Source: Minisyncoccota bacterium (GTDB lineage: Bacteria; Patescibacteriota; Minisyncoccia; Phycocordibacterales; UBA9973). From it: a stretch of 33,072 bases of DNA. The position numbers and the translations under genes were made by a program. Shown piece after piece: positions 1 to 8,816 of the stretch. Within the stretch, counting starts at the first letter, position 1. Each line of letters opens with the position of its first letter. The stretch covers positions 3,462-36,533 of the forward strand of contig JAVHPX010000044.1 in the NCBI GenBank assembly GCA_036170795.1, written 5' to 3'. Under the pieces are notes generated by a model. It had not been told where the DNA came from, did not search any database, and saw only the letters and a program-made list of their open reading frames with translations.

Positions 1-73
1 GTTCAAAGCATAACTAAAGCGTTGGAACTATTCGAGTCTGAGAAGCGGCTCAATAACACATATATATCACTAC

Positions 74-102
74 TTGACATTATGTGGATTGTTTTATATA
101 AT
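74..102 (+). promoter_or_regulatory. Sigma-70 type promoter for the 122..604 gene
   Basis: Exact consensus TTGACA (74-79), 17-nt spacer, TATAAT (97-102). The ATG at 122 lies 19 nt after the -10, so the leader is short and has no SD. Confidence 0.55.
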
Positions 103-121
103 GTGCTGAAAATACAAAACG

Positions 122-604
122 ATGAAAAAAAAATCTAATTACGACGTAATCGTCGCTCTTGCTTTTGGTGAAAGGCATGCAGAACCTGGAATATCGAATA
201 TTGATATTTCAGCTCTGGTTTCTGACCAGATAATAAAATATCAGAGGCCTGCAATATTGCAGAGAGAGATTTTCAATATTCTAAGCAAGGAATTCATTCC
301 TGGTTCAAAAAGGTTTAACATTAAAAATGAAAATGGAGGGTACTTGGATACGAGAGAGGTACTTCTAAGGGTAAGGAAAATATGCAGGGCGAACGAATGG
401 AACAAGATATTGTTGATCGCTCATCCTGAACATATATTCCGCTCACAAAAAACTGCGGAGAAATTAGGATTAGTCTGCATCAAACTATCCTCCCCTATCC
501 GTTATGACGAAAAATCGACACAATGGTGGACACGAAGTAAATTTTTATACTGGGTAAGGGAAATACCTGTATTATTTTACTACAAATTGAAAGGATGGAT
601 ATAG
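122..604 (+). CDS. DUF218 / YdcF(ElyC/SanA)-like protein (tentative family call)
   Basis: 160-aa ORF. The N-terminal VIVALAFG and the segment YLDTREV...ILLIAHPEHIFRSQKTAEKLGL resemble the DUF218 core (nT.eNa ... lVTs.fHm.Ra). The family was assigned by eye only. Confidence 0.55.
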   Translation: MKKKSNYDVIVALAFGERHAEPGISNIDISALVSDQIIKYQRPAILQREIFNILSKEFIPGSKRFNIKNENGGYLDTREVLLRVRKICRANEWNKILLIAHPEHIFRSQKTAEKLGLVCIKLSSPIRYDEKSTQWWTRSKFLYWVREIPVLFYYKLKGWI

Positions 605-623
605 TCACTGAGACCTGTTAATA

Positions 624-659
624 AAAAGATGATTTTGCAAAATAGCAAAATCATCTTTT
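624..659. terminator. Bidirectional intrinsic terminator between convergent genes
   Basis: Perfect 15-bp stem aaaagatgattttgc (624-638) / gcaaaatcatctttt (645-659) with a 6-nt loop. T-rich sequence follows on both strands. It overlaps the stop codon of the minus-strand GT2 gene by 2 nt. Confidence 0.7.
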
Positions 660-1398
660 ATTTTCTATAGAGACCTTTTCTTACATTATTTCTTATGATA
701 AAAAGTTCTTTCAATGTATTTATGAATGCATTTGATCGGAGAGTAGAACCATTTTGGGCTTCCCAATATACAGGGAGCTCTTTTATTTTGTATCCATAGA
801 CTTTGCTAATCGCAAGCATTTCAAGATCTGCTCCCCAACCAGCTATAGTAATCCGAGAAAATATTTCTTTTGATGCATCATTTGTAAAGAGTTTGAATCC
901 ACACTGCGTATCATAAATTTTAGGGAGAAGAACAACTCTAATTAATAAATTACCAAGACGAGAAAATAATATACGATACAGTGCCTGATCTTTTACGATA
1001 TGCGCGCCTTTTACATATCTAGATGCAATGACAACACCGTACCCTTGTTTTGCATACTCGATAAAATCAGTTATAGCATCAAATCGAGTCGCATTATCTG
1101 CGTCTATAAATATATGATAGAGTCCCCGAGCAGACCTCATGCCGACCCCGATGGCATACCCTTTCATATTCCCTACTATTCCTTCGTGAGGAATATTGAT
1201 TATTATAAGTTCAGGAATTGAACTTTTTTTAATATCTTCAAGAAGTGAGACCGTGTTATCAGTACAGTTATTTGCTACAACAATAATTTCAAATATTATT
1301 TTCTGAGTGCGAAGAAAATCAAAAACTGAATCGAGTGTTTTCCCAATTCTTTTTTCTTCATTATATGCTGGTATGATGACGCTTAATGTAGGGTTCAT
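658..1398 (-). CDS. GT2 polyprenyl-phosphate glycosyltransferase (GtrB / DPM1-like)
   Basis: 246 aa starting SVIIPAYNEEKRIGKTLDSV. It has the IDADN (DxD) motif and is a short soluble-type GT2, typical of dolichyl/undecaprenyl-phosphate sugar synthases. Confidence 0.85.
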   Translation of the reverse strand: MNPTLSVIIPAYNEEKRIGKTLDSVFDFLRTQKIIFEIIVVANNCTDNTVSLLEDIKKSSIPELIIINIPHEGIVGNMKGYAIGVGMRSARGLYHIFIDADNATRFDAITDFIEYAKQGYGVVIASRYVKGAHIVKDQALYRILFSRLGNLLIRVVLLPKIYDTQCGFKLFTNDASKEIFSRITIAGWGADLEMLAISKVYGYKIKELPVYWEAQNGSTLRSNAFINTLKELFIIRNNVRKGLYRK

Positions 1399-1399
1399 A

Positions 1400-2827
1400 T
1401 TATTTTTTAAAAATCATAACAGTACACCCATTAATGGTATTCTCATAAGATTCCGTGAACGTGGTTTTCTTTTTAAGAAGATCCTTAATATGAACACTGC
1501 AACTAGGAGAACCTGCTAGATCTAGATCACATGATAGATCACACATAGTTACAACGGCACCATCGAGAGTAGACGCTCTTCGCGTCAGAGCATCTTCAAA
1601 CGTAATGACTGAGTCAAAAAATTCAACTATGCGTACATCGCTTAAAACGGCTGGTACGGGCGAGGTTGAAATATATGAACCCTTAAGTGTGCTCATGTAA
1701 CTATACACAGGTGTATATGGGTCAACTTGCTTACCTTTGATAAGGTAAGGAAAAGACTGATACAAGAAAATAATTAGTAATCCAAAGAATAGTACTATAA
1801 TTTCTTTACGCTCGAGAATACGACTAAATAAAAAAGTAAATGAAACACTAGCTAAAATAGATATATATGGGATAAAGGCTATGCTATATCTTAATTCTTT
1901 GTGAGATTGCCAGAAGAAATAGAAACAAAATATAAAAGCTGTTACTATAACTGCTCGTAAATTTTTTTGTTCTTGATAAGATAAGTGATATTTTTTAAAA
2001 AGAAGGAATGGTGCAAAAATTGAGAAATACAAAAAAGGAGCTGTTTTTAATAATTCTTTTGCATAATACCATGTACCAAGATTATACAAATAACTATACC
2101 CTCCTATAATTTTATTTCCCACCACAAGAGGTATGAGAGCATTCCCATATAGAAAATGATTTGAAATAAGATAAGGACCAACAAGAGCTATGAATCCTGC
2201 ACCAAGCAAGAGTCCGTTAATAAAAGTATGCTTTACCCATAAAATTAAATCATGATCATATGATTCAATGATTGTTATACACACAATTGAGAATAGCATT
2301 AACCCTTGTGGAAAACGTAACAAAAACGAAATAGCAACAACAATACCAGAGATAAAATACTTTTTTTTTCTTTGTAGAGACAGAGCAAGCAGAGCAAAGA
2401 ATACCGAAATAATATCTGTTATCGGAACTTTTGAGAAAGTAAAAAATACTGGAGTAATAGATAAGAAAATACCAGCATACATTCCTGATCCTTTACGTAC
2501 TGATTCAGCAAGTTTATAAACAAGCCATATACTACCGATACTTGAAAAAATAACAACCGCCTTACCGACTAGGACTAATGGTATATGGAGTATAAATAAT
2601 ATTGAATAAAACAAAGGAAATAACGGTGGACGAAACATCTCCCAAAGACCTATACTTCCACCTGTAGCAATATATTTACCCATTCCTACATATACTGCAC
2701 CGTCCCACCATACAGATGTATCCCCCCAGGTATACCATAATCTTGCAATGAACGAAATAAAAAGAACAGTACCGATACTGTACGCTTCTTTATGAACACG
2801 AATATGATTTTTAAGAGCATTTATCAT
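1400..2827 (-). CDS. GT-C fold membrane glycosyltransferase (ArnT / PMT, GT39/GT83-like)
   Basis: 475 aa with about 10 or more predicted TM helices and a first-loop WWDGAVY motif. A roughly 120-aa C-terminal non-membrane tail carries 5 Cys. The start overlaps the GtrA stop by 1 nt (TAATG). Confidence 0.8.
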   Translation of the reverse strand: MINALKNHIRVHKEAYSIGTVLFISFIARLWYTWGDTSVWWDGAVYVGMGKYIATGGSIGLWEMFRPPLFPLFYSILFILHIPLVLVGKAVVIFSSIGSIWLVYKLAESVRKGSGMYAGIFLSITPVFFTFSKVPITDIISVFFALLALSLQRKKKYFISGIVVAISFLLRFPQGLMLFSIVCITIIESYDHDLILWVKHTFINGLLLGAGFIALVGPYLISNHFLYGNALIPLVVGNKIIGGYSYLYNLGTWYYAKELLKTAPFLYFSIFAPFLLFKKYHLSYQEQKNLRAVIVTAFIFCFYFFWQSHKELRYSIAFIPYISILASVSFTFLFSRILERKEIIVLFFGLLIIFLYQSFPYLIKGKQVDPYTPVYSYMSTLKGSYISTSPVPAVLSDVRIVEFFDSVITFEDALTRRASTLDGAVVTMCDLSCDLDLAGSPSCSVHIKDLLKKKTTFTESYENTINGCTVMIFKK

Positions 2828-3258
2828 TATTTAAAAACAAAGTAAGAATAATTTATGTAATTTATTACAGCACCAAATATAGCACCAACAATAGCAGAAA
2901 TTGTAGCAATAAGATGAATAGAAAGAACATTTGAATACATACTCAAAATATAAAATGCAATGCTTGAAAGCACTATATTTACAATAAAGCCAATAAGGCC
3001 GAAGAATAAGAATATAAAAAACCCTTTCTGTGAAGTATGTTTTAAATTAAATGTAAAATAGGTATTCAAAAAATAACTAGCTACAAGTGCAAATCCAAAA
3101 GATATACCCTTGTATACTGAAAATATAAAAGGGTCACTAATTCCAAATAGTGAAATTAAACCATTCAATACTGCGATATCAAAAATAGTATTAAAAACAC
3201 CAACTAGTCCAAATCGGATTATCTTGAAAATTATTTTTTTATTAATTGATAGTGTCAT
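2827..3258 (-). CDS. GtrA-family membrane protein (putative polyprenyl-P-sugar flippase)
   Basis: 143 aa with 4 TM helices. The N-terminal RFGLVGVFNTIFDIAVLNGL is typical of the GtrA family. Confidence 0.85.
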   Translation of the reverse strand: MTLSINKKIIFKIIRFGLVGVFNTIFDIAVLNGLISLFGISDPFIFSVYKGISFGFALVASYFLNTYFTFNLKHTSQKGFFIFLFFGLIGFIVNIVLSSIAFYILSMYSNVLSIHLIATISAIVGAIFGAVINYINYSYFVFK

Positions 3259-3970
3259 CTATTTTGGGACTTTTTGGAATTGGATTATTTTTTTCTTCTG
3301 CTGTTGCTTTTAGTTTTTTTAATTCATTAAGGCGTTCATTTACAACATTTGGAATTAGTTTTTCAATATCTTCAGTCCCTTTATATCCACTATACACCTT
3401 GCCGTTTATCACAAATGCAGGAAATGTCTTCGGAACCTTATATGTTTGAATTAAAGCCTTCATGGCAGAACTTTCAACACTATAATCAAAAGAATATATT
3501 TGTAAGTGGGGATATTTCTCACGAAGGCTATTTAAAACAAGTCCTTCTTTCTCACAGTCCGAACAGTTATCTGGAGTATATACATATAACACAAATGCGG
3601 TATTGAGCTTGCAACGCTCGCTTATTCTTTTCATTAACAAATAATCTTTAATTTGTAGAATAGTATAATAGCGCTTCAAGTTGATAACTTCTGGATTATT
3701 TACACCAATATTCTGCTCACTGTATTGGATTTTTGATTCTAGCTCATTTAGCCTTGGAGTCAGGAGTGATGTACTTGCATCTTTACAAGATAGTTCTTCT
3801 AAAATTGAAAATTCAGCTTCTGATGACATTAGATCAAGAGATATCTTGTCTTGAATAGTCTTTAGCTCTGATAATCTTTTCTGGTCGAAATAGCTACTCG
3901 AATATGTTGCAATTCTAAAGAGGCCTAATGTAATTATTAAAACAATTGTATATTTTTTCCAATCAATCAT
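3242..3970 (-). CDS. Membrane-anchored thioredoxin-fold protein with CxxC (CSDC)
   Basis: 242 aa with an N-terminal TM helix (YTIVLIITLGLF) and a helical linker. A Trx-like module follows, VLYVYTPDNCSDCEKE...TFPAFVINGKVY, containing the CxxC and a putative cis-Pro. It overlaps the GtrA gene by 17 nt. Confidence 0.6.
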   Translation of the reverse strand: MIDWKKYTIVLIITLGLFRIATYSSSYFDQKRLSELKTIQDKISLDLMSSEAEFSILEELSCKDASTSLLTPRLNELESKIQYSEQNIGVNNPEVINLKRYYTILQIKDYLLMKRISERCKLNTAFVLYVYTPDNCSDCEKEGLVLNSLREKYPHLQIYSFDYSVESSAMKALIQTYKVPKTFPAFVINGKVYSGYKGTEDIEKLIPNVVNERLNELKKLKATAEEKNNPIPKSPKIDDTIN

Positions 3971-3988
3971 ATTTTTTTAATTTATGTG

Positions 3989-5242
3989 TTATCTCCACTT
4001 TGTTTTCTGGGCAAAGATGGTATTTAAAAAAGCTTTCATAACCCAAAATGGAGCTACTAAACTATAAATAATAAAGTATAGAATAATATTAAACGGTGAC
4101 CCTCCTTTACCATGAGATAATCTCCTACCTATTATCATCGCAAATAATATCAATAAATACAATATGGCTGTCAGAAACATAATTGACTCAGTATTTATAT
4201 AAAACCAATCAAAAGAAATATTAGAGAGACTATTCGTAGAAAAACCAACAACTCTCCACACATATATTTTATGAATTATAGCAGAAAATATATTATAGAA
4301 AAGATACAAAGAGAGATAGACTGCAGCTATGATTGAAATAATTCCAGCTGGTAATGTAAATATAGCGAAGTTGCCATATTTCTTTCTAAACAACATACTT
4401 CTATACTCAATAGCTAATTGGATAAATCCATACACCCATCTAATTCTCTGTTTATAGAGCTTTTTTATTGTATTTGGGGTCTTTGTGTAGACCGTTGCAT
4501 CTGGACAATGATCAATAGAATAATGATTGCGCTGCATTCGAAACGCAATTTCCATATCTTCTGTCCCATGGCCATGCCTATACTCACCAAGTTCGGCAAA
4601 TACTCTCATTTTAAAAAGAGAAAATGGTCCAGGAAGCACGTGAATACCCCCCATAAATCCCGCCATTTTCTTTAAATAAACAGATATCATATACTCTGCA
4701 TTTTGTGCTCGCTCAACAAATTTTTGAGGACCGATAGTGATCACTGATGGTGCAACTGCCATACACTCTGGATGCTCTTCAAAATAACTTAGGAGTCTGA
4801 CCAATGTATCTTTCTCTACGAATGAATCAGCATCGAGACAAGCAAAAAAATCACTGTTTGCTCGTGCAAGTCCAATATTTAAAGGAATGTGTTTACCTCC
4901 CCCATTTTTATCATTGTGAATGAGTTCAATATTTGATTCATGGCTAAATTGTTGCATGATTTGCCATGTATTATCAGTACTATTATCATCAACAAGGATA
5001 ATCTTTAACTTATCTTTTGGATAATCTAAATCAAGAAGTGACTGTGCTGTACCCGCAATTGTATTCTGCTCATTTAGACATGGAACTATCACAGTTACAG
5101 TTGGATATGTACCGAGATTAAAAGGTCCTGTACGAAATTTTATAATACTCCTTTTTTCGAAAAAAGTTACAAAATAAAATACTTCTACATACACAACGGT
5201 AAAGAGAGCTATATTAGCAATAATATTTGAAGCTACATACAT
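3989..5242 (-). CDS. Processive family-2 glycosyltransferase (NodC/HasA/PgaC/BcsA-like polysaccharide synthase)
   Basis: 417 aa. Motifs present are VTVIVPCLNE, VDDNSTDNT, LDADSF, GTEDMEIAF and QRIRW (QxxRW). TM helices flank the catalytic domain. Confidence 0.8.
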   Translation of the reverse strand: MYVASNIIANIALFTVVYVEVFYFVTFFEKRSIIKFRTGPFNLGTYPTVTVIVPCLNEQNTIAGTAQSLLDLDYPKDKLKIILVDDNSTDNTWQIMQQFSHESNIELIHNDKNGGGKHIPLNIGLARANSDFFACLDADSFVEKDTLVRLLSYFEEHPECMAVAPSVITIGPQKFVERAQNAEYMISVYLKKMAGFMGGIHVLPGPFSLFKMRVFAELGEYRHGHGTEDMEIAFRMQRNHYSIDHCPDATVYTKTPNTIKKLYKQRIRWVYGFIQLAIEYRSMLFRKKYGNFAIFTLPAGIISIIAAVYLSLYLFYNIFSAIIHKIYVWRVVGFSTNSLSNISFDWFYINTESIMFLTAILYLLILFAMIIGRRLSHGKGGSPFNIILYFIIYSLVAPFWVMKAFLNTIFAQKTKWR

Positions 5243-5251
5243 TATGTTGTC

Positions 5252-5280
5252 ATATTAGCATAAAAAGGCATATTATTCAA
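5252..5280 (-). promoter_or_regulatory. Candidate promoter of the glycosylation operon (near-leaderless)
   Basis: Minus strand reads TTGAAT (5280-5275), 17 nt, then TGcTAATAT (extended -10, 5260-5252). The ATG at 5242 follows after 9 nt. Confidence 0.45.
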
Positions 5281-5345
5281 CATATGCACTGGCTTAGTAT
5301 ACAATTGACACTAAGAGATACATTGAAACGATTAAAAAAAGTAAA

Positions 5346-5633
5346 TTACATTAACACTGGCTTTACTGCATCCACTTTACATTCTGCACAATTACCCTTT
5401 CCTTCTTTACACTTTTTACATGGGCAACCAAAAATCTTTACGAGTGTTGCAATACCTACTAAGATGTAGATGATAGCAAGAACTTTTGGCCATGAACCAA
5501 ATAGTATACTAACAACATTTAAATCAGAACCTGCAAGCATACCTACTCCGACAAGACCCCAGTTAAGACCACCTATTATAATTAAAAACCAAGCTATCTT
5601 TGCAACACCACACTTACAATGATTACATGACAT
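5346..5633 (-). CDS. DUF378-family small membrane protein with Cys-rich termini
   Basis: 95 aa. IIIGGLNWGLVGV and a second TM helix match the DUF378 core. It is flanked by N-terminal CNHCKC and C-terminal GCPCKKCKEGKGNCAECK. Confidence 0.7.
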   Translation of the reverse strand: MSCNHCKCGVAKIAWFLIIIGGLNWGLVGVGMLAGSDLNVVSILFGSWPKVLAIIYILVGIATLVKIFGCPCKKCKEGKGNCAECKVDAVKPVLM

Positions 5634-5756
5634 ATATAATTTTACCGTACAATACGGAGACTTAAATAATAATAATAACTTCTATGTTTACTATTATAGT
5701 ATAACATATGTGTTAATATAACATTAATAAAAAACATTCAAAATAAAATACTTTTA

Positions 5757-7031
5757 CTAATCAAAATAATTCTTCAATCTTGAAATCTTTTCATTATTAC
5801 GAAGCTTTTCATGAACTTTAGCTTCAATCTGACGAATACGTTCACGAGTAACACCAAATTCAGTTCCAACTTCTTCCAGAGTATGCTGAATACCATCATT
5901 CAAACCATAACGAAGCTCAAGAATCTTACGTTCTTTTGGACTTAATGTACTAAGAACTTCTTTAATTTGATCTGAAAGAATACGACGTGAAGCATCTTGA
6001 TCTGGACGAAGAATTTTATCATCTGGAATAAATTCACCACGAGTAGACTTTTCATCATCATCTCCTATCGGTTGCTCAAGAGATACTGTCTCTTGATTTA
6101 TTTGTTTAATGATATGAATTTTTTCAACTTCTAAATTCATTTCAGTTGCAATCTCTTCAACCAGTGGTTCCCGTCCTAAATCTTGAGAAAGCCGACGGAT
6201 AACTTGTTTGTATTTTGAAATAGTTTCTACCATATGAACTGGAATACGGATAGTACGAGATTGATCAGCAAGTGCTCGAGTAATAGACTGCCTGATCCAC
6301 CATGTTGCATAAGTAGAAAATTTATAACCCTTAGTCCAGTCAAATTTTTCTACAGCTTTAAATAAACCCAAATTCCCTTCTTGAATTAAATCCAAAAGTA
6401 AAAGATCTGAACTACGTCCAACATATTTTTTAGCAATAGATACTACAAGACGAAGGTTGGCACGAGCAAGTAAATTTTTAGCTTCTAAATCACCTTTTTC
6501 AATACGTCGAGCAAGATCTTTTTCATCATTTGCCGTGATAAGATTATATTGACCAATTTCTTTTAAATAAATTTGAATAGAATCATATCCAATAGCATCC
6601 TTATTATATTTAAATAATGTTTTTTCTGTTTCTTTTTCTATATCAAGCAAATTGCCACCTTCAAGTATATCAATACCTGATACAGATAATCGTTCATATA
6701 ATTCATCCAAAAAAATAATATTATTTTCAATATCAGGGAAAACTTTTATAATCTCATCATAAGTAACAAATCCTCTTTTTTTACCTTTATCAATTATTTC
6801 AAGAGACTTCTGTTCAAGCTCAAGAGATTTACGTTCAAGAGATGTTTGTTTTATGCTCTTTGTACTTGTAAATTTCTTTTTAAGAAAAGTATGATTCTTT
6901 TTAATCTTTTTAATAACTTTTTTATTAATAACTTTCTTAACCACTTTTCTAACAACCTTTTTAGTGATTTTCTTAGTGATTTTCTTTTTAATAACTTTTT
7001 TATTAGATTTTTGTTTTATTTTTTTTACCAT
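5757..7031 (-). CDS. rpoD: Primary RNA polymerase sigma factor (sigma-70/SigA) with a Lys-rich N-terminal extension
   Basis: 424 aa. Region 2 ([13 protein letters not shown]), region 3 and region 4 ([19 protein letters not shown]) are all present. Residues 2-47 are KKxxKK repeats. Confidence 0.95.
   Translation of the reverse strand: MVKKIKQKSNKKVIKKKITKKITKKVVRKVVKKVINKKVIKKIKKNHTFLKKKFTSTKSIKQTSLERKSLELEQKSLEIIDKGKKRGFVTYDEIIKVFPDIENNIIFLDELYERLSVSGIDILEGGNLLDIEKETEKTLFKYNKDAIGYDSIQIYLKEIGQYNLITANDEKDLARRIEKGDLEAKNLLARANLRLVVSIAKKYVGRSSDLLLLDLIQEGNLGLFKAVEKFDWTKGYKFSTYATWWIRQSITRALADQSRTIRIPVHMVETISKYKQVIRRLSQDLGREPLVEEIATEMNLEVEKIHIIKQINQETVSLEQPIGDDDEKSTRGEFIPDDKILRPDQDASRRILSDQIKEVLSTLSPKERKILELRYGLNDGIQHTLEEVGTEFGVTRERIRQIEAKVHEKLRNNEKISRLKNYFD
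6961..6984. repeat. Perfect tandem 12-mer (ttagtgattttc x2) inside the rpoD Lys-rich region
   Basis: Seen directly at 6961-6972 and 6973-6984; it encodes KKITKKIT. Looser KKV/KKI periodicity extends across about 6890-7031. Confidence 0.8.
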
Positions 7032-7039
7032 ATTATTTA

Positions 7040-8794
7040 TTACAAGAAACGTGCTTGTTTAATTTCTTCTATCCGTTTTAATAAAATACTAAATTTTGTT
7101 ATTTTTTCTTCATTATCTAATGGTTTTAAAGAATCTTTTTGTTCATTTAGAATCTCTTCCTCAAGATTTAATAAAATCTCTTTTGTATCAAGGCACAAAG
7201 TATCAGTCTTGCTACCATACCACATTTCAGTTTCAATTGCCAGAGATTCATAAAATGGTTTATGGGCATCAAGCATATCTTTATATACTCCCTCACCAAT
7301 TCTATCATTAAAAGAATTACATAATTCTTTTATATTAACAAATCCTTCTCCCATATTTTCTTGCCAAAATATAATACCAAAAAGTCTATTCTCAAGATAA
7401 TTACGTCTGGAGTCATTTTTAAGAATTATATTATTCTCTGTTGAGATGCTATTGTATTGATGTAAACCTTGTGTCTTATCGTATATTTCAAAATCTTCTA
7501 TTATGGCACGTTCAGACAATCCAGTTTTCTGATTTATATAAGTAATATATGCAGAACGTTCAATAGCACTTTTAACCATACTTAAAAAAGGAAAAACTAT
7601 TTCTTTAATTTTTCTACCTCGAATTCTCATATCAGATGTACCCTGACATATTTTATCAACATGAAAACTAATAATATTAACAGCGTCCTTAATATAAGCT
7701 TTCCATAGACTAGGATCTTCTAAGATTATATCAGCCGGATCTTTGCCAAGAGGTAAAACCGCAATTTTTACTTGCATATCAAGAGATAATGCAATTAAAG
7801 CTGATCGACTAGCTGCTCTTATCCCAGCATCATCTCCATCATAAGCAAAAATAATATTCGGTGATAGTCGATGAATTAAACCTAAATTATTTATTTTATT
7901 TTCATTATCAATCTGTTTTAAAGAATTATCTGTTATGGTATCAGTCAAAGCTGTTCCTGAAACAGCAACTGTGTTTGTAAACAATGCTTGATGAGACAAA
8001 ATAAGATCCATCTGTCCTTCAACAACAATACTATAACCTCTTGTTCTAATAGCTGTCTTTGCTTTATCAATACCAAATAATACATTTGATTTATTAAAGA
8101 GTGGAGTATCTGGACTATTTAAATATTTTGCTTCTTTACTATCTGACTTACCAAAAATTCTTCCAGAAAATGCAATTACTCGTCCACTTGAATCGTTGAT
8201 AGGAAATATAATTCGTCCTCTAAATCGATCATATGCGCTTTTTTCTGATTTCTTTACTAATCCAACTATTTCTAAATCAATTATTTTATAACCTTTGGCT
8301 ACTAAATAATCATAAAGAGATCGCCATTCATCAAAAACAAAACCAATCCGAAAATTTTTAATCGTTGCATCGGTTAAACCTCGACTTATTAAATAAGCCC
8401 GAACAGAAGGTTCCTTATCAAAATTAGTTTCAAAAAATTTTGTCGCCTCTTCCAATATTTCATAATAAAGTTCTTTTTTTTCTTTTTCTTTATTATTAAA
8501 CTCTTTAGGCCTTGTCTCAAGAGTTATTCCAGCACGCTCAGCCAAGAGTTTTAGAGCCCCCATAAAATCAATTCCTTCAAATCTCTCTACAAAAGAAAAA
8601 ATATCACCTTTTGCTCCACAACCAAAACAATAATAACTACTGCGGTCAGTAGAAATAAAAAATGATGGGGTTTTCTCATTATGAAATGGACAACGAGCTT
8701 TAAAGTTTTTGCCTGATGGTTCAATAGAAAGATATGATGAAATAACATCAACAATAGAAAGCCTTTCTTTAATTTTTTCAACAGGTGAGTTCAT
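7040..8794 (-). CDS. dnaG: DNA primase
   Basis: 584 aa. It has the zinc-binding motif [11 protein letters not shown]...CFGCGAKGD and the Toprim motifs (VVEGQMD, YDGDDAG). Confidence 0.95.
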   Translation of the reverse strand: MNSPVEKIKERLSIVDVISSYLSIEPSGKNFKARCPFHNEKTPSFFISTDRSSYYCFGCGAKGDIFSFVERFEGIDFMGALKLLAERAGITLETRPKEFNNKEKEKKELYYEILEEATKFFETNFDKEPSVRAYLISRGLTDATIKNFRIGFVFDEWRSLYDYLVAKGYKIIDLEIVGLVKKSEKSAYDRFRGRIIFPINDSSGRVIAFSGRIFGKSDSKEAKYLNSPDTPLFNKSNVLFGIDKAKTAIRTRGYSIVVEGQMDLILSHQALFTNTVAVSGTALTDTITDNSLKQIDNENKINNLGLIHRLSPNIIFAYDGDDAGIRAASRSALIALSLDMQVKIAVLPLGKDPADIILEDPSLWKAYIKDAVNIISFHVDKICQGTSDMRIRGRKIKEIVFPFLSMVKSAIERSAYITYINQKTGLSERAIIEDFEIYDKTQGLHQYNSISTENNIILKNDSRRNYLENRLFGIIFWQENMGEGFVNIKELCNSFNDRIGEGVYKDMLDAHKPFYESLAIETEMWYGSKTDTLCLDTKEILLNLEEEILNEQKDSLKPLDNEEKITKFSILLKRIEEIKQARFL

Positions 8795-8816
8795 ATATCC
8801 CCTGTAATTATATTAG

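Noticed and set aside
1-138. Frame-1 reading frame open from the left edge to a TAA at 136-138 (VQSITKALELFESEKRL...), possibly the 3' end of an upstream gene. There is also a TTCGAGTC string at about 39-46 that resembles a tRNA T-loop.
   Set aside because: The other two frames stop at 11-13 and 15-17, so the true end of any upstream gene cannot be decided from 60-130 nt. A perfect consensus promoter occupies 74-102. The T-loop-like string has no complementary 5-bp stem arms, so it is not a tRNA.
5634-5756. Small hairpins (ccgta-caa-tacgg at 5645-5657; tgtta-ata-taaca near 5711-5723) as an rpoD terminator.
   Set aside because: The stems are only 5 bp, mostly AT or without a following T-run on the relevant strand. 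They cannot be distinguished from chance in AT-rich DNA.
6890-7031. Short-period repeats that might have been a CRISPR-like or mobile repeat array: rpoD 5' region (6890-7031), 28563-28589 and 31242-31289.
   Set aside because: All are in-frame 9- or 12-nt coding repeats inside ORFs, encoding Lys-rich, DYN and DQSY peptide repeats. They have no spacers and no CRISPR-length units.
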